The notes under the pieces were generated by a model, which was not told the DNA's origin, did no database searches, and was given only the letters and a program-made list of their open reading frames with translations. Source: Alkalispirochaeta sp. (GTDB lineage: Bacteria; Spirochaetota; Spirochaetia; DSM-27196; Alkalispirochaetaceae). Taken from it: DNA of 64,000 bases. Of this stretch, positions 49,428 through 58,487 are shown piece after piece. Made by a program: the position numbers and the translations under genes. The DNA lies in contig CBDESZ010000007.1 in the NCBI GenBank assembly GCA_965242725.1, forward strand, positions 73,578 through 137,577, written 5' to 3'. Numbering within the stretch: position 1 is the first letter of the stretch; every line of letters begins with the position of its first letter.

Positions 49428-51808
49428 CCACCATGGAACATCGATCACCTGAATACCACCGAAATCGTGCCGACCGTCTCCTCAAGAGGATGACGGTGGA
49501 CGAAAAGATCGCCCAGCTCTACTCGGCGTGGCTCTCCATCGCACCGGATGGTACCTTTGCGGTGAAAAGCATCATCGGTTCGGGAGGAGATACGCGGGGA
49601 GAGGCGGAAACTCTCTTTCGTCACGGCATCGGTCATCTCACCCGGCCTTTCGGAACGCGGCCTATTGATCCCCGCCGCGGCGCCGAGGGGGTGAACCGCC
49701 TGCAGCGTTACCTGGTGGAACGCACGAGGCTGGGCATTCCTGCACTTCTCCACGAGGAGTGCCTCAACGGCGTCATGGCAAAGGGGGCGACCCAGTTTCC
49801 ATCGGCCGTCAATTACGGCGCCACCTGGAATCCCGATATCATTGAAGAGGCCGCCGCCGTTATCGGAGACGAGCTCCACGCCCTCGGCGGCCGCATGGGC
49901 CTCGCTCCGGTCCTCGACGTCAGCAGGGACGTCCGCTGGGGGCGTACCGATGAAAGCATCGGTGAAGACCCCTACCTGGTCGGCCTGCTCGCCTCGGCCT
50001 ATGTCAGGGGCCTTCAGGGCGATGGGCGTCGTATTCTGGCAACGTTGAAGCACTTTCTCGGCCACTCCTTCGGGGAAGGGGGCCGAAACCATGCACCGGT
50101 GCGTATCGGCATGCGGGAATTGAACGACGTCTTCGCGCTCCCCTTTGAAATGGCCGTGAAAACCGCCGGCCCGGGGGCGGTCATGCCCGCCTACCACGAT
50201 ATCGACGGCGAGCCGTGTTCGGCCTCTCCCTTTTTCGTCAATGAGCTCCTCCGGAACCGCTGGAGATTCGACGGCCTCGTCGTCGCCGACTATGAAGCGG
50301 TGAGCCAGCTCTATCTGGACCATCGTGTCGCCCGTGATATGGCGGAAGCCGCCGCCCTCGCGATCAGGGCGGGCATGGATGTGGAGCTGCCGGGTTTCAC
50401 CTCCTTTGCGGACGGCGTCAAAGAGGCGCTGGACCGGGGACTCCTCGACCTAACCGACGTCGATACCGCGGTCGAGCGGGGCCTGACGGAGAAGTCACGA
50501 CTCGGCCTCTTTGAGAATCCCTACATCGAAACGGATGCCATTGAGCTCAATACGGAAGCGCACCGCCGCGTCGCCCGCAGGACCGCGGAGGAGTCCATGG
50601 TGCTTTTGAAGAATGACGGCATCCTTCCCCTGAAAGATGGGGCCTCCATCGCCGTGGTGGGGCCCCTTGCTGACGACCCCTACGCCGGCTACTGCGGATA
50701 CTCCTTTCCCGTTCATCTCATCGGCGCATATCCGCCGGAGGAGACCGCGCCGGAACACGCCCGTACGGTGGTACAGGCGTTGCGGGAGCGTGCGGGGGAT
50801 ACGGATATCGGCTACGCCCGGGGATGCCGCCTCGTCGTTGAGCGCACGGCGCATCCCGTCGTCTTCCCCGGCGATGTGAAGGCCGACCGCTCGATGAACA
50901 AGGCGGTTTTGAGCGGTGATCTCGGAGAAATCGAACCTGCCGTCAGGATTGCATCGGAGGCGGATGTCGTCGTTGCCGTACTGGGCGACATGGCGGGACT
51001 CTTCCAGAATGGGACGGTCGGAGAAGGTTCCGACGTGACCACCCTCAGACTTCCCGGAGTGCAACAGGAGCTGCTGGACGCACTGCTGGACTGCGGCAAA
51101 CCGGTTGTGATCGTCCTTTTTAACGGTCGCCCCTATGACCTGGGACGCGGATTTTCCGAGGCGGCGGCAATCCTTGAGGCGTGGTTGCCCGGAGAATCGG
51201 GGGGAGATGTCGTCGCCGACGCCCTCCTGGGAAGGATCAACCCCAGCGGCAAGCTTCCCCTCTCCTATGTGTCCAACGCCGGAGCCATGCCCTATTTCTA
51301 CAACCACAAACTCAAGTCTGCGGGCGTGGCGCCGCAAAGCGAGTTCGGATGTGTCTATCCCTTTGGCTACGGTATGAGCTACACGTCCTTTGTCGTAAAG
51401 GACGTCCGTATCGCTCACGATACCGTGCCGTCCGACGGGGAAGTTCGCCTCACCTGCACCGTCGCCAATACGGGTACGATGAAGGGAGCGGAGACGGTAC
51501 AGCTCTATATCCGTGATCTCTTTTCAAGTGTGGTGCGGCCGGTGAAGGAGCTGAAGGCGTTTCGGCGGGTCGAGCTCGATCCCGGCAGGTCCGCGGAAGT
51601 CAGGATCACCCTGCCCGTTGATATGCTGGGGGCCAGTGATCGCGATCTGCGTCGGGTGGTTGAGCCCGGGGATTTTGAAATAATGGTCGGCACCTCTTCG
51701 GCGGACATCGTTTCACGGAGTACCGTGACCGTCACCGGAGAACCGAGGTTCGTCCCCGCAGACGGCCCCATGACGGCGCATACCGAAGTGATTCACTGCA
51801 CGAAATAA
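49424..51808 (+). CDS. Glycoside hydrolase family 3 (beta-xylosidase/beta-glucosidase)
   Basis: HEECLNG, WGR.DES.GEDP, KHF, VADY nucleophile, GEG.D, Fn3-like C-terminus. Confidence 0.95.
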   Translation: MTTMEHRSPEYHRNRADRLLKRMTVDEKIAQLYSAWLSIAPDGTFAVKSIIGSGGDTRGEAETLFRHGIGHLTRPFGTRPIDPRRGAEGVNRLQRYLVERTRLGIPALLHEECLNGVMAKGATQFPSAVNYGATWNPDIIEEAAAVIGDELHALGGRMGLAPVLDVSRDVRWGRTDESIGEDPYLVGLLASAYVRGLQGDGRRILATLKHFLGHSFGEGGRNHAPVRIGMRELNDVFALPFEMAVKTAGPGAVMPAYHDIDGEPCSASPFFVNELLRNRWRFDGLVVADYEAVSQLYLDHRVARDMAEAAALAIRAGMDVELPGFTSFADGVKEALDRGLLDLTDVDTAVERGLTEKSRLGLFENPYIETDAIELNTEAHRRVARRTAEESMVLLKNDGILPLKDGASIAVVGPLADDPYAGYCGYSFPVHLIGAYPPEETAPEHARTVVQALRERAGDTDIGYARGCRLVVERTAHPVVFPGDVKADRSMNKAVLSGDLGEIEPAVRIASEADVVVAVLGDMAGLFQNGTVGEGSDVTTLRLPGVQQELLDALLDCGKPVVIVLFNGRPYDLGRGFSEAAAILEAWLPGESGGDVVADALLGRINPSGKLPLSYVSNAGAMPYFYNHKLKSAGVAPQSEFGCVYPFGYGMSYTSFVVKDVRIAHDTVPSDGEVRLTCTVANTGTMKGAETVQLYIRDLFSSVVRPVKELKAFRRVELDPGRSAEVRITLPVDMLGASDRDLRRVVEPGDFEIMVGTSSADIVSRSTVTVTGEPRFVPADGPMTAHTEVIHCTK

Positions 51809-51890
51809 GCCGGCGGCAGCCGGCGGGAGTAATCGGCCGGCGCCACCCGCCGTTTTGGACATTGGCCGATCCATTTAGTACCCTTGAAAT

Positions 51891-53666
51891 ATGGCCGATT
51901 CAGAAGAATATGAAAGCTGGTTTGCCGTAGATATCCATCCATGGGTCTTTTTCACCTCCGCCGCGGTGATTATCGGATCCGTCGCCCTGGCGATCGTTTT
52001 TCAAACACAAATAGGAAATGTCTTTCAGACGATACAGGATTCGATTGCCACCGGCGCCGGATGGTTTTTCATCATGACCATGAACATCATTCTCGTCTTT
52101 GTCCTGGTCATGCTTGTCAGCCGGTACGGCGACATCAAGCTCGGCGGTTCCGACGCCAGGCCGGAGTTCTCCCGGACGGGATGGTTTGCCATGCTCTTCA
52201 GCGCCGGTATGGGGATCGGCCTCCTCTTTTACAGCGTTGCCGAGCCGATGTTCCATTTCATTTCCTCACCCCTTGCCGAACCGGGCACGACGGATGCGGC
52301 GCGGCGCGCAATGGACGTGACCTTTCTCCACTGGGGACTCCATCCATGGGCAATTTATACGCTGGTGGGCCTCGCTCTCGCCTTCTTTGCCTTCAACAAG
52401 GGACTGCCCCTCTCCATACGCTCCGTCTTCTATCCCGTCCTGGGAGAAAAGATTCACGGCCCCATCGGCAACCTCGTCGACATTCTGGCAACGGTGGCGA
52501 CCCTCTTCGGCGTCGCCACATCCCTCGGACTTGGCGTGCAGCAGGTCAACGCGGGGCTTGATCACCTCTTCGGCATCGGGCAGAGCAGCACCATTCAGGT
52601 GTTGCTCATCATTGGGATTACGGCCCTCGCAACGTGGTCGGTCCTGGCGGGACTCAGCGCCGGAATCCGGCGCCTTTCGGAGATCAACCTCGTTCTGGCG
52701 GTTGTGCTCTGTCTCTTTGTCCTCTTTGTGGGACCGACGCTCTTCATATTGAACGCCTTCGGTGAGAACCTGGGCCATTACATCCAGTACCTGCCGGAAC
52801 TCTCAACGTGGAACGAAACGTATGAAACGAGTACGTGGCAAAACAGTTGGACCGTTTTCTACTGGGGATGGTGGATCGCATGGTCTCCCTTTGTCGGCAT
52901 GTTCATCGCCCGCGTCTCCTACGGCAGGACGATCCGTGAGTTCATCCTGGGGGTGCTTTTCGTGCCGACCCTCATCACCTTTGCCTGGCTGACGATATTC
53001 GGCAACAGCGCCCTTCAGGTCGAAATGGTGGGGGGCGGCGGCATCGCCCGGGCGGTACAGGAAAACATTCCCGTCGCCCTATTCGTCCTGCTTGAAAACT
53101 TTCCCCTTCAGAAAATCACCTCCATGCTCACCGTCGTCGTGATCATAACCTTCTTTGTGACCTCATCCGACTCGGGCTCCATGGTCATCGACATCATCAC
53201 CGCCGGCGGCAATCCCGACCCGCCCAAGCTTCAGCGACTCTTCTGGGCGCTCCTTGAAGGGGCGGTGGCTGCGGCGCTGCTCACCGGCGGGGGGCTGGTA
53301 GCCCTGCAGACCGCGGCGATTTCCACGGGACTTCCCTTTGCGCTTGTGCTGCTCTTCATGATCTACAGCCTCCGGAAGGGACTGGCGACCTACACGGAGG
53401 GACCGGGATTCTCCATGCCGCCCTATGAACACGGTCACGTATTCAGGACCGCTCTCACCCACCCGGAACCGGAACTTGTTCACGGGCACGTCAGCTGGAT
53501 CGGTAAACCCCGGCAGCATCCCAAAAAGCCGCAAAAAGGCCGACGGACGGCACAGGTCTCCACACCACCCACAGACGATAGGCCGAAACGTCGCCGGAAC
53601 ATACTCCGGAAAATTGTGAAGCTCTTCCGTGACGGCAACGACGAGGGGGAACACGATGATCGGTAA
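51891..53666 (+). CDS. BCCT-family betaine/choline/carnitine transporter with long basic C-terminal tail
   Basis: MLFSAGMGIGL, HWGLHPW, WTVFYWGWWIAWSPFVGMFIARVS.GRT, TSSDS. Confidence 0.96.
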   Translation: MADSEEYESWFAVDIHPWVFFTSAAVIIGSVALAIVFQTQIGNVFQTIQDSIATGAGWFFIMTMNIILVFVLVMLVSRYGDIKLGGSDARPEFSRTGWFAMLFSAGMGIGLLFYSVAEPMFHFISSPLAEPGTTDAARRAMDVTFLHWGLHPWAIYTLVGLALAFFAFNKGLPLSIRSVFYPVLGEKIHGPIGNLVDILATVATLFGVATSLGLGVQQVNAGLDHLFGIGQSSTIQVLLIIGITALATWSVLAGLSAGIRRLSEINLVLAVVLCLFVLFVGPTLFILNAFGENLGHYIQYLPELSTWNETYETSTWQNSWTVFYWGWWIAWSPFVGMFIARVSYGRTIREFILGVLFVPTLITFAWLTIFGNSALQVEMVGGGGIARAVQENIPVALFVLLENFPLQKITSMLTVVVIITFFVTSSDSGSMVIDIITAGGNPDPPKLQRLFWALLEGAVAAALLTGGGLVALQTAAISTGLPFALVLLFMIYSLRKGLATYTEGPGFSMPPYEHGHVFRTALTHPEPELVHGHVSWIGKPRQHPKKPQKGRRTAQVSTPPTDDRPKRRRNILRKIVKLFRDGNDEGEHDDR

Positions 53667-54633
53667 AAAAATGTCTGCACTGCGGTCCACCGTGTTAGTG
53701 ACGATGGTACTTGCCGCTTTTTTACTCCTCACCCATTGTACGGAACGGGGGCGTGAGGCTCCGGACGTCTCGACGGCCGCTGCGGAACGTACGGACACGG
53801 TGGTTCGACTCGTCTACCCGCCGTGGTCGTCGGAGATCGCCAGCGCCCACCTCTTTCAGGCGGTTATCCAGAGGCGACTGGGCTACCGGGTTGAACTCAT
53901 TCCCGTGGACGCTGAAGAGATGTGGGCGTCCGTGGCCCGTGGCGAAGCGGATATTCTCACCGGCGCGTGGTTGCCCGAGACACACAGGGGTTACATGTCC
54001 ACCTACGGAGGGGACGTGGACGATCTCGGACCCAATGTAGAAGGAGCGCGCATCGGGCTCGTTGTCCCCACGATGACGCCGGGACGACAGACCGATGCGA
54101 CGGGACGTACCGGGCTGCCCCTGGTCACCATATCTTCAATCGAAGAGCTCCCCCCGGCGGCGGACAGATTCGCCGGACGGATCATCGGCATCGAATCGGG
54201 GGCGGGTGTCGTTGCCCGGACGAAAGAGGCGCTGGAGACGTACGATCTCTATCCCGATTTTCGCCTCATTGAAAGCGACGAGGAAATCATGGTTGACCGT
54301 GTCGGCGAGGCGATATATCGGGGTAACTGGATCGTCTTTACCGGCTGGCGTCCCCACTGGATGTTTGAACGGTACAACCTGCGCTTCCTTGAGGATCCCA
54401 GGGGCGTCTACGGCGGGACGGAAGAGATTCACACGATGGTGCGCCGCGACCTCGCCACGGATATGCCCGAACTGTACCGCGTCCTCGACCGCATCACATA
54501 CAGCCCGGCCGATCTGGAGCGTCTGATGCGATGGATACACGAGGACACCGACGACGACCCCTACGCGCAGGCGCTCCGATGGATTGAATCCCATGAAGAT
54601 ATCGTGGACTCCTGGGTCGGCGGTTCGGAATAG
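53656..54633 (+). CDS. Glycine betaine-binding protein (OpuAC/ProX-like), probable lipoprotein
   Basis: W.SE, AWLPETH, GLVVP, GIESGAG, FTGWRPHWMF, L.DP.G.YG..E; overlaps BCCT stop. Confidence 0.92.
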   Translation: MIGKKMSALRSTVLVTMVLAAFLLLTHCTERGREAPDVSTAAAERTDTVVRLVYPPWSSEIASAHLFQAVIQRRLGYRVELIPVDAEEMWASVARGEADILTGAWLPETHRGYMSTYGGDVDDLGPNVEGARIGLVVPTMTPGRQTDATGRTGLPLVTISSIEELPPAADRFAGRIIGIESGAGVVARTKEALETYDLYPDFRLIESDEEIMVDRVGEAIYRGNWIVFTGWRPHWMFERYNLRFLEDPRGVYGGTEEIHTMVRRDLATDMPELYRVLDRITYSPADLERLMRWIHEDTDDDPYAQALRWIESHEDIVDSWVGGSE

Positions 54634-54653
54634 TTTCGGATAGAGGAGGAGAG

Positions 54654-55325
54654 ATGCTGCAGACAATCAGTCAGAAATTTCAGGGAAGCTGCATGATGGT
54701 CATGCGCCGCAGCGGAGACGAAGTGGTATTTCTGGGGAGCGCCTTTCTCGTCCATTCCGACGGCTACCTCCTCACCACCTCCCGAATGATCGATACCGAC
54801 AAGGACATCGTCATTGTCCCTCCCCAGGCGGCTGAGGACTTTGTTCCCGTTACCCGGGAGGAGGTGGCACCGGTGCCGGCGGAAGTGGTCGCGCGGGACG
54901 CCATCCGCGACGTAGCCCTTCTCAGACTGAAGCCCGATCTGGAAATCAATATGCCCGAGGAGATCCTCGGTTCCAGTACCGATGATCCCCGAGGCGCACT
55001 GCTCATGTCCCTGGGCGTTCCCTTTGGATACTATCGCATGCACGGCGTCGTGGCGGCACAGTCGGTGTTGTCAAGTCGCGTCCAATCCCGTACCGGAACC
55101 AACATGGTCATATTCGACCGACGCGTTCAATTCGGCGACATCGGCGGTCCCCTGATAAGCGTCACCACCGGAACGGTCATCGGCGTCGTCGGCGGCGTCT
55201 TTGATCCGATGGAACTTGAGGGAACTCCCCTCCCCGAAGGCGCGTCAAAGATCAACTCCGACCTGTCCTACGCCACGGCGATCGAGTATGGCGCGGCCCT
55301 CCTGACGGCAGCGCTTGGAACGTAG
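54654..55325 (+). CDS. Trypsin-like (S1/Trypsin_2) fold protein lacking catalytic His and Ser
   Basis: GSAFLV..DGYLLTTSRM, DVALLRL, GDIGGPL; GAGGAG RBS; no signal peptide. Confidence 0.8.
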   Translation: MLQTISQKFQGSCMMVMRRSGDEVVFLGSAFLVHSDGYLLTTSRMIDTDKDIVIVPPQAAEDFVPVTREEVAPVPAEVVARDAIRDVALLRLKPDLEINMPEEILGSSTDDPRGALLMSLGVPFGYYRMHGVVAAQSVLSSRVQSRTGTNMVIFDRRVQFGDIGGPLISVTTGTVIGVVGGVFDPMELEGTPLPEGASKINSDLSYATAIEYGAALLTAALGT

Positions 55326-55359
55326 CAGCCCCCGCCGCGCCATCTTTTTGTTCTTTTAC

Positions 55360-55388
55360 TTGCACCGCCGAACGGGCTTTTCTATCTT
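55360..55388 (+). promoter_or_regulatory. Sigma70-type promoter
   Basis: TTGCAC-N17-TATCTT. Confidence 0.55.
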
Positions 55389-55411
55389 TAATGACATACG
55401 AGGAGGATCCA

Positions 55412-56707
55412 ATGACTTCAACAATGACGCCCTTCCGATTTCCCCTGTTCATCGCGACGATTTTTCTGGCCTTAACACCTGCCGCGATCGATGCGGGGGG
55501 ACAGCGTGAAGGCGGCGACGGACCCGTCACGGTAACGCTGGGCTACAACCCCTTCCTTGAAGATTCATTTACCGACGCACCTCCGCCGATCGAGGTGATC
55601 AGGGAGGAGCTGGCCCGTCTCTATCCCGATATCCAACTGGAGTACTACACGATGCCCCAGGATATGCTGGAACCCCTCGTAATCTGGATGACCGCACGGG
55701 ACACGACGATCGACATTTACGGCATTGACGAACCCTGGGTGACCCAGTTCGGGCGCGCCGGATGGGCGGTGCCCCTCAATGACCGCCTGCCGGAACTGGA
55801 GGAACGCCTCGAGACGGCGGGACTCGATACCTTTTCATACGAAGGAGAGCGTCTGGGCGTTCCCTTCTGGGGCAGTCTCTCCGGTCTCTTTTACCGTACC
55901 GACATCCTTGAAGAGTACGGTTTTCAGCCGCCGGAGACGATTGAAGAGATGGAAACGATCATCACCACCGTACTGGCGGATCGTCCGGAAATGGCGGGAC
56001 TGCTCTGGCCAGGCGCGCGGAGCGAGGAGTCGCTGAACATGTTTTACGCAACGGTACTGTACGCCTTCGGCGGCCGGTACCGCGGGGACGACGGAGCATT
56101 CCTCTTTGACTCACCCGAGAGTATCGCGGCGGTGGAATGGATGCGAAAAACGGTCGACGAAGGATTGTCGCCACCGACGGTACAGAATATGCAGCGACAG
56201 GAGTCGCGGCAGCGCTTTGTCGCGGGTGAGGCGATTTTCTCCTGGGACAACGCGGATATCATCACCTGGCTCGATGATCCGGAACGTTCCGGAGTCGCCG
56301 GGAAATGGGATTTCATGCCCTTCCCGACACGACCGACGGGAACCCCCGTTTCCGTAACCGGAGGCTTTGCCTTTGCGGTGAATCCCTTCAGCAGAAATGT
56401 CGATGCGGCGGTGAAGGTCCTGGACGTCATCTCCCGGGAGGCGGTTCAGAAGGGCTTTGCCCTCGCCTGGGGACCGGTTCAGTACTATCGCGGTCTCTAC
56501 GAGGATCCGATGGTTCAGGAATACAATCCAAACGTTGAAAAATTGACCCCCTTTGTTTCAATTGCGATCAACCGTCCTTCATCGGAGCACTATGCCGAAC
56601 TTTCCGGAATGATGCTGGAGGAGATAAACGGCGCGATTACCGGTGTCCGCGATGTTGAGGAGGCGATGGAGAATCTCGCCCGCCGCGCCGCTGCGCTGGA
56701 ACGCTAA
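55412..56707 (+). CDS. Sugar ABC substrate-binding protein (trehalose/maltose-type clade)
   Basis: GAGGAGG RBS, signal IDAGGQRE, D..W..QF...GW, LFYRTD.L, PPET.EE. Confidence 0.9.
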   Translation: MTSTMTPFRFPLFIATIFLALTPAAIDAGGQREGGDGPVTVTLGYNPFLEDSFTDAPPPIEVIREELARLYPDIQLEYYTMPQDMLEPLVIWMTARDTTIDIYGIDEPWVTQFGRAGWAVPLNDRLPELEERLETAGLDTFSYEGERLGVPFWGSLSGLFYRTDILEEYGFQPPETIEEMETIITTVLADRPEMAGLLWPGARSEESLNMFYATVLYAFGGRYRGDDGAFLFDSPESIAAVEWMRKTVDEGLSPPTVQNMQRQESRQRFVAGEAIFSWDNADIITWLDDPERSGVAGKWDFMPFPTRPTGTPVSVTGGFAFAVNPFSRNVDAAVKVLDVISREAVQKGFALAWGPVQYYRGLYEDPMVQEYNPNVEKLTPFVSIAINRPSSEHYAELSGMMLEEINGAITGVRDVEEAMENLARRAAALER

Positions 56708-56717
56708 CAGGATAATT

Positions 56718-57626
56718 GTGTCAAAAGGGCTGCATCACTCGGAGTCGCGGGGAGCGTGGGCGCTCATCGCCCCTGCGATGATCGGGCTCGTGGTGTTTTA
56801 TTACTATCCCGTTCTGCAAAGCGCGCTCTTTTCCCTCCTCTCTCTCGATGCCGGAACCGACTGGTGGGAAGCGCGGTTTGTCGGATTCCGCAATTACGCC
56901 GACGTGATGCAGAGCGGCCAGTTCTGGTACACCCTTTTCTTCACCGTCGCATTCACCGCCGCCGTGGTGACCCTCGATATTTCCCTTGGGATGCTTCTTG
57001 CCCTCGCAACATTCTACGTGCCCCGCTCCTTTCAGGGCCTTCTTCGGGCGATTATTATCGTTCCCTGGGCGATTCCCAAGGTCATTCAGGCGACGATGTG
57101 GCGGTGGATGCTCAACAGTGACGTAGGGCCCATCGGGGACATCCTCGTCCGGTTGCACCTGGTGGATGAACCGCCCCTCTTTCTGGTGGAGCAGTATCTC
57201 GCGATCGGCAGTGTCATCGTCGCATACACGTGGAAAGGATCAAGCATTGCCGCATTCTTCCTCATGGGAGGACTCGCACTCATTCCGCGGGACGTTCTCG
57301 AGTCGGCGAGGATGGACGGCGCCGGGCCGCTCCGGCGTTTTTTTTCAGTCACCCTGCCGATGGTGATACCTACAGTGTTTGTGGCGCTTCTGTACCGTTC
57401 CCAGGACGCACTGCGGGTATTTGACGTCATTTACGGCCTCACCGGCGGCGGGCCGGGACGAGCGACCGATACGCTCAGTTCCTTTGCGTACACCACCTAT
57501 TTCCGATATGCCCAGTTTGGCCGGGCATCGACGTACGCGATGGTGACTTTTCTCCTCGTCGCCGTTGTGGGAGTTATCTATATCTACAAGGTCAAGGAAC
57601 GGTTCAACTTTCGGGGGGCGGCATGA
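56718..57626 (+). CDS. Carbohydrate ABC permease (MalF-type)
   Basis: PWAIP, DVLESARMDGA, DALRVFD.I..LTGGGPG. Confidence 0.93.
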   Translation: MSKGLHHSESRGAWALIAPAMIGLVVFYYYPVLQSALFSLLSLDAGTDWWEARFVGFRNYADVMQSGQFWYTLFFTVAFTAAVVTLDISLGMLLALATFYVPRSFQGLLRAIIIVPWAIPKVIQATMWRWMLNSDVGPIGDILVRLHLVDEPPLFLVEQYLAIGSVIVAYTWKGSSIAAFFLMGGLALIPRDVLESARMDGAGPLRRFFSVTLPMVIPTVFVALLYRSQDALRVFDVIYGLTGGGPGRATDTLSSFAYTTYFRYAQFGRASTYAMVTFLLVAVVGVIYIYKVKERFNFRGAA

Positions 57627-58465
57627 ACAATCCGCGGCGACACCGGATACGCATCTCCGTCTCGGTCTTTATTACCCTCATTGTTGCCGTATGGAGTCTC
57701 ACGCCCCTCATGTGGATCGGCCTCACTTCCATCAAGCCGGCGGGCACGGAGTATCGCGTTCCCGTTGAATACTGGCCGGAAGAACCGACACTTGAGAACT
57801 ACAGAACGGTTCTGGGTGAACGCTTCCGCATTCAACGCTCCGTCCTCAACAGCATGGTCGTCTCGACGGGTGCCATGGCGGGGACGCTGCTCATTTCTAC
57901 GCTCTCGGCCTACGCCATCGCCCGCCTGCGCTTTCGCTTTCGCTTTCAATCGCTCTACGCGATGCAAATCGCCGGCATGGTACCTCCCATCGTCGTCATC
58001 GCGCCGACATTTGTTCTGCTCCGCGCGATGGGTCTCATCAGGACGTACTGGGCGATGATCATTCCCAACATGATCTACGCCGTGCCGCTCTCGTCGTTCC
58101 TCATCGCCAGCTACTTCACCAACATCCCCTTTGAATTGGAGGATGCCGCGAAGATTGACGGCGCGGGCACGATACGAACGATCTTCTCGGTGATTTTTCC
58201 CGTCGCCGCGCCGGGGATGTTTTCAGCGGGCATTCTCGCTTTTCTGGGCTCCTGGGGGGAGTTTATGCTCGCCGGAACGGTCTCCATCGGTTCCGCCCGG
58301 GTGGAAACGGTACCGGTGGCGGTCCTGAGCCTCAGCAGAGCCTTTGAACTTCAGTGGAGCTGGGTCGCCGCGGGCACGGTGGTGACAATTATTCCCATTC
58401 TTCTCCTGGTTCTCATCTTTCAACGAACCATCGTCGATGGTCTCACCGCAGGAACGACCCGTTGA
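57623..58465 (+). CDS. Carbohydrate ABC permease (MalG-type)
   Basis: ELEDAAKIDGA, SWGEF; ATGA overlap. Confidence 0.93.
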   Translation: MNNPRRHRIRISVSVFITLIVAVWSLTPLMWIGLTSIKPAGTEYRVPVEYWPEEPTLENYRTVLGERFRIQRSVLNSMVVSTGAMAGTLLISTLSAYAIARLRFRFRFQSLYAMQIAGMVPPIVVIAPTFVLLRAMGLIRTYWAMIIPNMIYAVPLSSFLIASYFTNIPFELEDAAKIDGAGTIRTIFSVIFPVAAPGMFSAGILAFLGSWGEFMLAGTVSIGSARVETVPVAVLSLSRAFELQWSWVAAGTVVTIIPILLLVLIFQRTIVDGLTAGTTR

Positions 58466-58487
58466 TGACCGGGGTGAGGACATCGTC

